Numbered from the stretch's first letter, positions 12,177-24,815 are shown. The stretch is DNA of 64,000 nucleotides from Octopus sinensis (GCF_006345805.1 NC_042997.1:142042001-142106000), one strand, 5' to 3'. Numbers and translations are program-made. The notes: generated by a model not told the origin, from the sequence alone.

Positions 12177-12723
12177 TATTTTTAAAAATAAAAGTAAAAA
12201 CATGTGACTAGTATACTTGGAAAATGCAACAGAATTTTGATGGAAGGGAAATTAGCTGATGAAATGAATCTTTGTGTAACAATACTTTGATAACTGAAAT
12301 AATGAAACAGGAGACTAAATTAAAATTTAAGCAAAAGACCAACATCGCATAAAGTGAATGTGAAGGGAAAAGAGAATAATGAACAGATATATAGAATATT
12401 TAAAAAGATATGAAAAGAGAAAGAAAAGGGAAGGATAAATAAGAGGGAATAAATAGAGGGAAATGTGAGGGTGGTGGAGAAAGAGGAAAGAGTGTTAGAA
12501 AGAGAATAATTGAAATCTAGAGTGAAAGAAAGCTCTGTGGATTTGTAATAATTCTTTGGTTTATTAGAAGAAAACAAATGAAGATTACGATTGAAAGATA
12601 ACTGAAAAGATTAAAGAGAAAATAATATTGATCTGATATTAGAAAGATTGGATTTGTGTGCGTGTGTGTGTGTTTGTGTGTGCATGTGCACACATGTATG
12701 TGCTTAGTGTGCTTAGTGTGTGA

Positions 12724-12758
<35 letters not shown>

Positions 12759-13019
12759 GTGATAGATTTACTCTTAAAGATGGAATTCTTGAAGAAAATG
12801 AAGATATTTTGCTAAATGGATCAAAGTAATATTATTCTTAATTGGAATGGTTTTAAGTACTTTTCACTAGTGAACCAATGAAGGAACCTGTTTGCAATCA
12901 CTTGAACTGTTAGAAATAGCAGCCAAATTTAACTTAAATCATTCTCTGCCACATTAAAGAGGACAAACACATTAGATAATGTAGTATTAAATACACAGTA
13001 TCTGAAATAACCCTTTCTG

Positions 13020-13230
13020 CAATAGGCACAAGGCCTGAAGTTTTGGGGAAGGGGGCTAGTTGATAGCATTGATCCTATTCCATGACTGGTACTTAATTTA
13101 TCAACCTCAAAAGGATGAGAAGCAAAATTGACCTCAGTGGAATTTGAACTCAGAACATACAGATGGAGAAAATGCCGCTATGTACTTTACCTGGTGTACC
13201 AAAAATTCAACCAGCTCACTACTTTAACAG
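13020..13230 (-). mobile_element. tRNA-derived SINE family B, decayed
   Basis: GGTACTTAATTTATC...GAATTTGAACTCAGAAC block, the reverse complement of the head at 14703. Confidence 0.7.
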
Positions 13231-13689
13231 TTTCTGAAATAATATGAAATGGTTATGGTTTTATCATTGATCTAATCGATCTGAGCTTACAAAGATATTA
13301 AACAAGTTCAACAACAACAAAGACTAGCGGTCTCTTATGCCCTCATACATACATCACGGACTCTCATCTCATAGACAACAGATGAGGGATCTGCAATTTC
13401 TTACTGAACAAACTGCACAAAGTTTTGTTTACAGTGATCAAATGTTTGTACTGTACATTAGCTCACTCCTGCTACCCAATTGACAGATGTGTGGTGCACC
13501 ATACATCAGATGTTGAAGTGATTGCAGAATGATGTGAAATGAAGTGTTTTGCTCAAAACTACCACAAATCACCCAGTCTGAAAATTGAAACCATGATCTC
13601 ACAACCACAAATGCAACAGCCTAATGACAAGGCCACATGCCCTCACATACATACATACATACATACATACATACATACATACATACATA

Positions 13690-13925
13690 ATTAATAAAAA
13701 AAAACGGAGAAAAATACAAGAAAGAAACAACGCAAGGACATGGTACATGCAAAGTATTAATAAGACATTCAGAGAAGGAAAGGAAGACCAGTTGTTTTGC
13801 ATTTTGAGCAAAGCTCTTCTTTGGAAACAGGAGACAGAGGAAAGTCCAAAAGAAAAGGAAGAAGGAGGAAAAAGAATCGCCAACAATCCACTGGTAGTTA
13901 CATTTTGGAATGACCAGAAGTAGAT
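13690..13925 (-). mobile_element. Penelope-like terminal-repeat remnant with a decayed hammerhead (13794-13828)
   Basis: Homologous to 54830-55005; minus strand reads GUUU CCAAAGA A GAGC UUU GCUC AAAA UG CA AAAC, with core positions mutated. Confidence 0.6.
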
Positions 13926-14089
13926 GGATAAAGAGAAAGTGCTTTCTGGGACAGAAGAGTGTGAAAAATGATTGGTATCTGTGTGTATGCGGGGTGCGTG
14001 CGTGTGTGTGCGTGCATGCGTGTGGTGAATGTGAGTGTATGTGAGTGTATGGTAGTGTGTGTGTGGCAGTAACTATGTTGCAGCTAAAA

Positions 14090-14608
14090 CAATTTACAAT
14101 GCCATTCGCAAAAAAGACTGTCCTGAAATAAACTTAGAAAATCCTTCTCTTATGGAATACATTCATAAATACCAACTCAAGGAATACTGGTAGACTATTC
14201 CCATCAAAACATCTGTCAAATGTAAGCATAACAGGCTAGATATTGTTGTTTGGGCCAGAGGGGCAAAGGTATGTACCATCATAGAGGCCAGCTGCCCTGC
14301 AGATATAAATATCTCTTTGAAAATCAAAGAAAAAGAGGATATCTATGGACAGCTTCTTTGAAACCACCAGTCTTGTTAGTAAATGCTTAAAGGAAAATCT
14401 AGATAAACTGGGACTTTCAGAAAGATAAATCGACCAGCTAATTAGTACAAGTGCAATCTGTGAGTGGAACAGTAAAAATATGCAAGACTTTTCTCAGGTT
14501 CCAAGTGTGAATTTGTCTGTGTTAACTACATCCCAAAGATGGAGCCTTGTATGGAAACTGCCTCCCTCCTTAGTGGAAGATTTATGATAATAAAAAAATA
14601 GAAGAGAC
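14090..14608 (+). pseudogene. 3' fragment of an RLE-type non-LTR retrotransposon (R4/Dong-like), copy 1
   Basis: Peptide IPIKTSVKCKHNRLDIVVWARGAKVCTIIEASCPADINISLKIKEKEDIY resembles the PD-(D/E)xK restriction-like endonuclease; the 3' end abuts (TACA)n. Confidence 0.7.
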
Positions 14609-14702
14609 ATACATGCATGCATACATACATACATACATATGTACGTACGTACATGCATACATACATACATACATACATACATACATACATACATACATAC
14701 AT

Positions 14703-14935
14703 TGGCGGCGAGTTGGCAGAATCGTTAGCACGCCGGGCAAAATGCTTAGCGGTATTTCGTCTGCCGCTACGTTCTGAGTTCAAATTCCACTGAGGTCGAC
14801 TTTGCCTTTTATCCTTTTGGGGTCGATTAAATAAGTACCAGTTATGCACTGGGGTCGATATAATCGACTTTAATCCCTTTGTCTATCCTTGTTTGTCCCG
14901 TCTATGTTTAGCCCTTTGTGGGCAATAAAGAAATA
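14703..14935 (+). mobile_element. SINE family B, near full length
   Basis: GGCGGCGAGTTGGCAGAATCGTTAG head, GAGTTCAAATTCC B-box, AAAGAAATAA tail; sits inside (TACA)n. Confidence 0.85.
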
Positions 14936-14947
14936 ATACATACATAC

Positions 14948-15362
14948 ATTCCCATCAAAACTTATGTCAAATGTAGGCAAACAGACAGGATATTGTTGCT
15001 TGGGACAAACAAGAAATGTATGCACTTGCCGATGTGAATATCTCTTTGAAAGTCAAAGAAAATGAGAATAATTATTGGATAGTTGCTTCTGTATCTAGAT
15101 TATATAGTCACATTATACCAATTATTACTGATGCATTTGGATAAGCTAGGATTTTCAGAAATAGAAATCAACCAGTTAATTCATGCACTGCTAAGACAAT
15201 TTGTAAGTGGAACAGTTATAATATGTAAGAATTTTCTCAAATTTGAAATGCAAAATTGATTTTGTTATCTAGATTCCAATGATGGAATTTAGTATCACTT
15301 TTACAAACCAGCTCCTTCTTAACAGGAAGACTTCAAATAATTAAAACAAGACAACATAAATA
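14948..15362 (+). pseudogene. 3' fragment of an RLE-type non-LTR retrotransposon, copy 2
   Basis: IPIKTYVKC...DIVAWDK...ADVNISLKVKENENNY...LDKLGFSEIEINQLIHALLRQFVSGTVIICKNFLKF; homologous to but diverged from copy 1; TACA at both ends. Confidence 0.7.
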
Positions 15363-15662
15363 CATACAGCAGATGGCAATATAATTTTAAAGATTTGTCA
15401 AAAAGAAAATATTTATGCTGGACTGGTGAGAAATGTGCAGTTATTGCACCCAGACTATAATTTTAGATTTCTATCAATAGTTATTGGAACAACCAGGTAT
15501 GTGACTAACTGCCTCCAGAACAATCTTTAGAAGCTAGATTTCACAAAATCAGAAAGAACATGCTTGATCAGATTACAGCCTCAAGTTATCAAAGGCACTG
15601 TCAAAATATGTAAAACATTCATGAAGTTCAGTATTTAATAAGATCCATCTATGTAATGCCAT

Positions 15663-15846
15663 TCATGCCTGTGCACATGTCGTTATGTGCATTTGTATAT
15701 GTACATGTATGCATATATGTATGTATACATATATACACATGCATGCATATATATGCTTGCATACATATATATGCACACACATACATACATAAATGCATTC
15801 ATACATACATGCATACATAATGTACATAAATGCATACATACATACA

Positions 15847-15880
<34 letters not shown>

Positions 15881-16165
15881 AATGCATACATATATGCATA
15901 CATAAATAAATGCTTACATACAGACATGTATACATACATAAGTGCATACATGCATACATACATTGATACAGGCATAAATGTTAAATGTTTGCATACCTGC
16001 ATACATATATACACACATGCATTCATCCATCCACCCATCCATCCAGCCATACATAAATACATACATACAAACATACATACATGCATGCATGCATACATAC
16101 ATACATAAATGCATACATACATACATACATACATACATACATACATACATACATACATACATACA

Positions 16166-16198
<33 letters not shown>

Positions 16199-16448
16199 TT
16201 CTACATATAAGACTAGCATGTTGATGCTGTCTATATTTTAATGGAAGATTCATGTTTTTAGGCTAGAAACCAGCTCTTTACTCATTGGTGAGAAATTTGA
16301 AAAATAAAAACCAAGAAAACTTACACACACACACATGCACATTCACACATACATACAAATATGTATACATGTATGTATGTGCATACATACATACATACAT
16401 GCATCCCAGTATATTTCATTGAACCAATGTGTGTGCTGCATGTGTGTG

Positions 16449-16482
<34 letters not shown>

Positions 16483-16520
16483 TGTATGTATGTATGTATG
16501 CATGCATATATGTATATATG
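15663..16520. repeat. Long degenerate (TACA/TGCA)n and (TATG)n microsatellite field
   Basis: Directly visible; source of the YIHT/MYVC ORFs. Confidence 0.95.
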
Positions 16521-16852
16521 TACGTATAATTCAGTAGGTAAATAATATATCTGTTGTGAATTATGAGAAACTATTGTATTTTCATGGAGTTATACAATGG
16601 TGCATACTTTTAAGACATTCATTCCATAAATATCTTCTTTTAAAGAAAATTTAATTCATTATATCACTTCTTGTATGAATATCCAGTAATTCTGGTGTTT
16701 TCAACCAGACCAAGATTGATGAATTTCATTTTTGTTCAGTAATAAAAAGCTTTCTATTGTTGTAAGCAATGGATTGAATTATTTTTGTAAAATTAAGAAA
16801 AATACTTCTTGGAAACATATTTCAATGAGTCTAGATTTTTTTTAAATCTTAG

Positions 16853-17245
16853 GAGCAGGCATTTCTGGATGGTAAGAAGCTTGCTTCTCAACAACATGGT
16901 TCTGGGTTCAATCCCATTGTATAGCATGATGGGCAAGTGTCTTCTACTATCGCCTCAGGCTAACCAAACCCTTGTGAGTGAATTTGGTAGACAGAAACTG
17001 AAAGAAGACCATCGTATGTGTGTTGGTTTGTGTGTTTGTCTCCCACTACTGCTTGACAACCAATGTTGGTGTGTTTATGTCCCCGAACTTACTGGGTCGG
17101 CAACAGAGACCGATAGAATTTGTACAAGGTTTAAAAAAAAATAAGTACTGGGGTTGATCCATTCAACTAAATTTCTTCAAGGCAGTGCCCCAGCATGACC
17201 GCAGTCTAATGAATGAAACATGTAAAAATATGAACAATAAAAAGA
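16853..17245 (+). mobile_element. SINE family A
   Basis: Head, body and tail as at 1553. Confidence 0.8.
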
Positions 17246-17807
17246 TATATACTTTTAGTAAGAAGAGGAGCAACATATGGGACTTTTCAGAACAAGATTT
17301 TTTTTCTTTTACTTGTTTCAGTCAATTGACTGTGGCCATGCTGGGGCAGCACCTTTTAATCAAAGAAATCCACCACTGGACTTATTCTTTGTAAGCCTGG
17401 TGGTGGTGGGAATAATGATGATGATGATGATGATGGCGATTATCTACTTAGAAATATGACATTGAAAGCTAAAAGGGGTGATATACAAACTTGATGACAG
17501 AAACAAAGGCATAGGCTTTAAAGATAGGATAAACATCAATAACCTGTGGAACAGGCATCAATAAAACTAAAACTGTGAAGTCCAGCAAGTGAAGGGATGA
17601 AAAGTGTCATTGAATACGTATATATGAGATGTACCAAATGGTTTGAATATCTTGGAATTCATAAGAAGTGACAACTCTTTAGAAAATGAATTTAAAAGCT
17701 TTAAGAAAACAAATGAAACAGACTGAAATGCTTTATATGATCAACGTTTTTCTGTTACCAAGCAAAGCAGTATTTCCCCATGGTTAGATATGTTTTTGCA
17801 GAATATT

Positions 17808-18060
17808 GGAAGCATGTGGCCTACAGGTTAGAGTGTTAGAATCATGATCCTAAGATTGTGGTTCCAGTTTCTGGACTGGGTGACATGTGTTCTTTTGTGC
17901 AAAACCTTTCATTTCATGTTGCACCAGTTCACTCAGCTAGTAAAAATGAGGAATTCTGTGACAGTCTGGCATCCCAAACAGGGAGTAAATGTATATACTC
18001 CATGGAAACCAGGAAACGGATCCTTATGAATCCATAACTACACCTTATGAATCCACAAGG
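17808..18060 (+). mobile_element. tRNA-derived SINE of a third family
   Basis: Head GCATGTGGCCTACAGGTTAGAGTG...GATTGTGGTTCC and TTCATTTCATGTTGCACCAGTTCACTCAGCT block; related copies at 26690-26920 (-) and 62150-62300 (+). Confidence 0.65.
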
Positions 18061-18215
18061 CTTGAGAAGAGTGCTTTATTATTATTGTCCAAGCCATGCT
18101 AGCATGGAAAACAGACGTTAAATGATGATGAGGAAGAGTGGGAATGAATGACACTGCTTGTATGACAGTGACACTCATTTACAATTATCACATGATGTTA
18201 AGACAGGGAGACACA

Positions 18216-18267
<52 letters not shown>

Positions 18268-18574
18268 ACATACACACACACTCACACTCACATACACACA
18301 TGCTCATGCACATACACATACAACAGGATCCTTTCAGTTTTCAGCTACCAAATAAACCCACTCACAAGGCTTTGGTCAGCCTCAGGCTACACAATGAAAC
18401 TGGACCCCAAATTATGTGGTTGGGAAGCACACTTCTTAACCACACAGTCACACCTCTCCCCACAGTACAAGGTAACAAAAGGGTCAATATAAAGAAGAGA
18501 GTCATGATATATTAACAGAACTATACTTAATAATCTTAGATTGTTGGGTGACCTGCTGTGCTTGAGGAGACCTA

Positions 18575-18965
18575 TTGAGTCAAGTACATCAACATCAAAA
18601 TAAAATATCAAATGGAAATTATAGTTGTGATACCTGTGCTGGTGGCATATAAAAAGCACCATCCGAACATGACCAATGCCTGCGCCGCCTTGACTGGCTT
18701 CCATGCCACTGGCATGTAAAAAGCACCAACTGATCGTGGCCGTTGCCAGCCTCCTCTGGCCCCTATGCCGCTGGCACGTAAAAAGCACCCACTACACTCA
18801 CGGAGTGGTTGGCGTTAGGAAGGGCATCCAGCTATAGAGGCACTGCCAGAATAGACTGGAGCCTGGCACAACCTCCTGGTTTCCCAGACCCCAGTCGAAC
18901 TGTCCAACCCATGCTAGCATGGAAACCGGACGTTATACGATGATGATGATGATGATGATGATGGA
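18575..18965 (+). mobile_element. RTE-tailed retroposon (family C) with tandem subunits
   Basis: GGCAYRTAAAAAGCACC units, AGGAAGGGCATCCAGCT, CCATGCTAGCATGG, (GAT)n tail. Confidence 0.8.
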
Positions 18966-20059
18966 CCTTTTGAAATCTTACAACCTTTGAAATCTTAGTC
19001 TTGGAGACCAGATGGCATGATTTTAGTGATAAATGAAATGGTTTGAGATACAATGAATGTAGTCTATTTAATAAAAAAAAAAGAATCTTTTCTGCTATAG
19101 GCACAAGGCCTGAAATTTATGGGAGAGGGATAGTCAGTTAAATCGACCCCAGTGCAGAACTGGTACTGAAAAGATGAATGGTAAAGTTGGCTTCGTTTGA
19201 ATTTGAACATAAGGACGAATGAAATGTTGCTAAGCATTTTGCCTGGTGTGCTAACAAATCTGTCAGCTTGTTTCCCTTATAGATAAAGGAATAATGAAAA
19301 GTGGGAGTAAGTGATTGGACGCTGGGCTTCAGTCTCAACTTGAAGACTGGCTAATTCATCAAACAGAAGAACAGACAGCCCAAGGTAATAGAAGAAGGAA
19401 AAAGCCTTGACCAACTTGCTTGAGGATGATGAAGAGAGAAAGGGGAGATCACAACTGGGGAGAGACTGAAACTGATGTACACAATCACCAAGGCTGGTGA
19501 GAATATGAATCAAATGGCACTGGTGGTCTGACGAACTGTAGTCTAAACCATGTCAGTATGAAAATGATGGTGGTGGTGGTGGTATTGATGAAGATGAATA
19601 GGAGGAGGATAAATCACTGATGATGATGATGGTGGGTGAGGAGGAGGAGGAGAGCAATGATAATGGCAACAATGATGATGACAGTGATGATGACAATATC
19701 AGTGATGGTAACAATGATTATGATGACAATGGTGATGACAATCACAATCATGGCAACAACATTAAGTCCATATTTTGTTTGGGGATGGATGCAGAGGCAG
19801 AATTGTTACTGAGCTTAGCAGCATTTCTTCCGATTTTAAGTTCCAAGTCCAAATGCCACCAGAGTCATCTTTGCCTTTCATCTTTTTGAGATTAATACCA
19901 GTTGTGCACTGGGGCCAATATAATTGACTTGCCCTCCCCCATAATTGTTGGCTTTGTGCCAAAATTTGAGACCAATATTTTGTTTGGGGTAAGTGCAGCA
20001 AGTGGGTCCCAGCATTTTGAAGTGAAATATTTAGGAGGAAATCTACAAAATAAGGCACT

Positions 20060-20288
20060 TTAACCTTTTGGTATTCAGATTACTCTGTCAAATGTAATAC
20101 CTATTTATTCACATTTTATAAAATTAATTCTGTATTATCTTGTAGCTTTGATATTTCGAAGATATGATTGTTTATTTTTAGAATGACATTGCAGGGCAGG
20201 TGTGAGAGGCCTGATCTGGTCAGTTTTAGCATAAAACAGGTAGAACATTTGGGCCAGATATGGCCAGTTTTAAATGCTAAAGGGTTAA
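20060..20288. mobile_element. piggyBac-like MITE (family D)
   Basis: TTAA at 20060-20063 and 20285-20288. Confidence 0.75.
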
Positions 20289-20900
20289 TAGGGGAAGGCA
20301 GACCATTTTTGAATACTTCCATAGCAAATGCTGTTTGTGGAAACTAATTATGTCTTTATGATTCAGGAATCTAAAGGAGGGGTTTTCAACCATTTTTTAC
20401 TTGTAGACCTCTTTAATTCCTATTTTAATCAGGTGGACCCCCATAGCCATTTAATGCTTAAAAAATCCTATTGCATCTTTTTTTTTATAATTAAATATTA
20501 TTAGGAAGTGCACAAAAAAAATTAACATAGGTGCAGGAGTGGCTGTGTGGTAAGTAGCTTGCTTACCAACCACATGGTTCCAGGTTCAGTCCCACTGCAT
20601 GGCACCTTGGGCAAGTGTCTTCTACTATAGCGTCAGGCCAACCAAAGCCTTGTGAGTGGTAGATGGAAACTAAAAGAAGCTGGTTGTGTATATATATATA
20701 TATATACATATACATATACATATATACATACATACATATATAAATAGATGTGTGTATTTTTCCTTTGTTAACAATTAGCACAGAAAAAATAGATAAATAG
20801 TTTCCAGGGTAGCAAAAAATCACACAAGTAAAGAGGTTGTAACTCCTTGTTTTTAAAGGTAGAAACTTTGGGTTTACGTGAAATTTTTTTGTATAATATG

Positions 20901-21181
20901 TAAATAAATGAATGGAGTTTAATACAGGTATAATTCAATTCTGACACATGTTTCGAAGATATCACTGATATTATTCCAAAGGAATAAAATGGTGTAAAAC
21001 AATGTAATCTTCTCTTCAGGCAAGTGAAGAAATGAAACTTGCCAATAAGACATTTTAACAGAAGGTTACATTGTTTTACACCATTTTATTCCTTTGGAAT
21101 AATATCAGTGATATCTTCGAAACATGTGTCGAAGTAAAAGTATTTGAATTATGCCTGTGTTAAACTCCATTTATTTATTTA
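20901..21181. repeat. Long inverted repeat (fold-back)
   Basis: Inner arms 20943-21013 / 21060-21130 match 70/71; outer arms 20901-20938 / 21144-21181 match 35/38; the spacer has its own GGCAAGT/ACTTGCC stem. Confidence 0.95.
20943..21019 (-). ncRNA. Hammerhead-like core lacking stem I in cis
   Basis: CUGAAGA-GAAGAU-(46 nt)-AUCUUC-GAAA-CAUGUG-UC; no pairing for stem I. Confidence 0.4.
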
Positions 21182-21212
21182 TAAATACATACATACATAC
21201 ATATAGATATAC

Positions 21213-21308
<96 letters not shown>

Positions 21309-22479
21309 GTATGTATGTATGTATGTATGTATGTATATGCTTGTGAGGCTGTGTTTGTCCCCACCAACCATCGCATGACAACCAATATTGGTGTGCTTAT
21401 GTTCCCGTAACTAGCGGTTCAGTAAAAGAGGCTGATAGAATAAGTTCTAGGCTTACAAAGAATAAGTCCTGGGGTCAATTTGTTTAACTAAAGGCAGTGT
21501 TCCAGCATGGCTGCTGTCAAATGTCTGAAACAAATAAAAGAATAAAAGAATATTTTATGTATTCTAGAAATATAACCAATTTATTGCACATAAATTTTAA
21601 CAACAAAATCTTATACGAACCCCAAAGTGACAGAAGTTCCAATGAAGAACTCAAGGAAAGGCTTACAAATTTAGATTATAGGCAATTCAGTTTGGCTTTT
21701 CTTTAAATATTCCAGAATAACAAAATAGTAATAACTATAACCTAAGGTCACATTGAAACACTTGCCTAAGTTACCATATCATAGTATTAATCCTAGAACC
21801 ATGTAATTTCAAAGCAAACTCATAACCATGTTTGTGTTTATAATTAACCATAGTTATTCAGCTCAGTTGTGTTAGCTGAGCAACGAGCCAAGCTATTGAA
21901 TCAATAGTTCAATAACAGTTCAATATTTGAACCACTAAGAAATTTTGTCTTATAACAGTAAACAAAAAACAAAAAAAAATGGTCTGAATTATTTAAAGAT
22001 CTAAGAAGATTAAAAAAAATTCCAGTCTGAACAGAACTTTTGCAGACTCATTAATTTGTCATAGTGGAGACTGTTTGTGTTTGATCAGATAGCCATAAAG
22101 ATATTTGTTGTTTTGTTGGGATTTTTTTATCCAATATTATGAACTATGATACCTGATAGCAATTAACAATTAAAACAAAATCAAGACTAAAATACACGTC
22201 TCATTATTTTAAAAAATTATAGAAAAATGTTCTCTAACGAAAACTGGTGATGGAAATAATAGTTGTACTACTTTCAAAACATACAAGTTGGCTAAGTCAA
22301 AGATACAATGTATTTCACAAGAATATAATAAATTTTTGCATTAGGTTTTTAAGAATTCAGAGCTCAATAAATGTCATTTTCATAAATTCATGTACTCATG
22401 CTCTAATATATATATATATATATATTGTGACCTCTTCAGCAACTCTCTATCCCATGTGTCTCTTCTAGTTTGGCTTATT

Positions 22480-23150
22480 CCATTTTGTCAATATATATAC
22501 AAAGAATATGAGGGGTTTAGTTCGCTGGTGATCTAACCACATAGGTATGCTGTGTAAGTGGTATAATTGGTCATCCATTAGGTTCCAAGTTTACAGCTGA
22601 GGCTGGAGCTAGGGATCCGTAGTGGGCTTCCAAGTTAGCCAGTATATATTACAGGATAAAGGACAACACAAACCAAGGCAGGATGAGTATCTCAAGTCAT
22701 TTAGAATATTTAATAAGAGTAAGATAAATTTGAGGTAATTAATTAATTAATTATTGGATGTCTTACAGCTGTTTCTGGGATATCCCAAGTAATAGGTTAG
22801 CATCTCCATACACAGGGTATTCCATCATCAGAGACAAGGTGAGTATGTATGAAAGTTATTGACAGGAAATTCATTGTTTATAAAGGAATAAAACAGTAGA
22901 TAGAGGAATAAAGAGTAAAACAGTAGATAGAAGACTACAGACAGGAGAATAAAATTCACAGCTCATCTTCTTCCAGAGGGTATTTAGGTTGGTCTGTACT
23001 TCCATGACATTATAGGTCCTTAAGTATAATCCCGGGTAAATCCAAGCAGTATTTTGGCAGTATTTTGAATGTTGCGTTCATGCTGAAAGAATAGATCAAG
23101 TGGTTAGCTTGTATGAAAATGGTCCACATGGGTTTATTCACTTATTCACA
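22480..23150 (-). mobile_element. Penelope-like element junction: ORF C-terminus, terminal repeat with hammerhead, then ORF N-terminus
   Basis: Decayed ...TFKILP...SWKYRPT (resembling the end of a GIY-YIG domain) upstream of the ribozyme and HYGSLAPASAVNLE downstream; matches the partial-tandem layout known for PLEs. Confidence 0.55.
22759..22836 (-). ncRNA. Type I hammerhead ribozyme, complete catalytic core
   Basis: UGUCU [CUGAUGA] UGGAAUACCCUG..UUGGGAUAUCCCA [GAAA] CAGCUG [UA] AGACA; 5-bp stem I, stem II of about 12 bp with 2 mismatches, palindromic stem III ACAGCUGU; predicted cleavage between 22764 and 22763. Confidence 0.8.
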
Positions 23151-23495
23151 ACCCATATCTGTCTTTCATGGTGTCATCTTTCTCACTCTCATGTAAAAGA
23201 ATAGTTGGTGTTAGGAAGGACATCCAGCTGTAGCAAACCATGCTAAATCATACTGGAGTCTGGTGCAGCTGCCCAGCTTGTCAGCTCTGGTCAAGCCATC
23301 CAACCCATGCCAGCATGGACAATGGACATTAAATGATGATGATGATATGGTTGGTGTTAGGAAGAGCTTCCAGTTGTAAAAATCCTGCCAAAACAGTCGC
23401 AGAAGTCTGGTGCAGGCTTAGGCCTAGCCAGTTCTTGTTTTACCATCCCACCCATGCTAGCATGGAACACAGACATTAAATGATGATGATGATGA

Positions 23496-23536
<41 letters not shown>

Positions 23537-23559
23537 TACATATATTCAACATGTTGGAC

Positions 23560-23738
23560 CACTGAATTCTACAAATTGTTTCCATTCTCTCTCTATTTAT
23601 TTTCTCTTATTCCTTTCTTTTGAAGAGCGTAAGCTCGAAATATATAAGACTTTTTCATTTTTCCTGAACATCAAACTAATACACTTGCTTGTTGTTCATG
23701 CACCTATCTTCATATTTTGTTTTTCTATACATTTCAAC

Positions 23739-23740
<2 letters not shown>
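23560..23740 (+). mobile_element. PLE-type terminal-repeat remnant with a decayed hammerhead (23613-23650)
   Basis: CUUU CUUUUGA A GAGC GUAA GCUC GAAA UA UA UAAG; stem II and GAAA retained, CUGANGA mutated. Confidence 0.5.
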
Positions 23741-23769
<29 letters not shown>

Positions 23770-23780
23770 ATGTATATATT

Positions 23781-24035
23781 ATATATTGTATAAAAAAATT
23801 GTGGGTAAGGCCAAAACAATGTGAAGTAAATGCAAAGTAAATCACAAGGAAACAAATATGTAAATTAATGTAGACTTACTGGCAACATTTATCAATTTCT
23901 TGAAAATGGGGTCATAACCTCGCAATATTGAATACAAGGTAAGTCTACATTGATTCACATATTTACTTTCTTGTGATTTACCTTGCATTTACTCCGCATT
24001 GTTTTGGCCTTACATATGATCCTTTATACAATATA
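23781..24035. repeat. Imperfect fold-back element with arms of about 95 bp
   Basis: GTAAGGCCAAAACAATG...AATGTAGACTTAC versus GTAAGTCTACATT...CATTGTTTTGGCCTTAC. Confidence 0.85.
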
Positions 24036-24424
24036 TTCTACACAATGCTTCATAGTAATTATATACACACACACACACATACATACATGCATTCATATAT
24101 ATAAGCGTATATGTAAATACATATGTATGTGCGTGTGTATAGGCATATACAATGGGCTTCATACTGTTTCTGTTGACCAAATTCACTCTCAAGGCTCTGG
24201 TCAGTTTGGGGCTATAGTAAAAGACACTTGCCCAAAGTGTCATGCAGTGGGACTGAACCTGAAATGATGTGGTCGCAAAGCAAGCTTCTTAACCACACAG
24301 CTCTTACCTTATACAAAAGTTGAGAGGTCAAAGCTTAAGGATTGATTCTTTGTATAAGTCCATTCTCTCACTCCCTACCCCCGCCATCTCTCTCCTTTCT
24401 GTTTGCCATTTGTAAAAAGCCTAA

Positions 24425-24815
24425 AGGCGGTGAGCTGGCAGAAACATTAGCACGCTGGGCGAAATGCTTAGCGGTATTTCGTCTGCCGCTACATTCTGAG
24501 TTCAAATTCTGCCGAAGTCAGCTTTGCTTTTCATCCTTTTGGGGTCGATAAATTAAGTACCAGTTGCGTACTGGGGTCGATATTATCGACTTAATCCGTT
24601 TGTCTGTCCTTGTTTGTCCCCTCTGTGTTTAGCCCCTTGTGGGTAGTAAAAAAATAGGTATTTAGCCCGTCGCTACGTTCTGAGTTCAAATTCCACCGAA
24701 GTCGACTTTGCCTTTTATCTTTTCAGAGTCAATGAAATAAGTACCAGTTTCGCACTGGTGTCAATATAATCAACTAGCCCCCATCCCCCAAAAGTTTCAA
24801 GGACTTGTACCGAGA
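24425..24815 (+). mobile_element. Two adjacent SINE family B copies (full, then 5'-truncated)
   Basis: Heads at 24425 and about 24661 share TTCTGAGTTCAAATTC. Confidence 0.8.

Larger units (their letters stand above)
20375..21640. mobile_element. Nested stack: hAT MITE split by a SINE A (20528-21545), which is itself split by a fold-back element
   Basis: 20375-20527 matches the reverse complement of about 9040-9145 and 21546-21640 matches that of about 8480-8575; SINE A head at 20528-20700 and tail at 21340-21545. Confidence 0.65.

Noticed and set aside
19620-19889. Acidic D/N-rich ORF
   Set aside because: Degenerate (GAT/GAC/AAT)n repeat running into a SINE remnant
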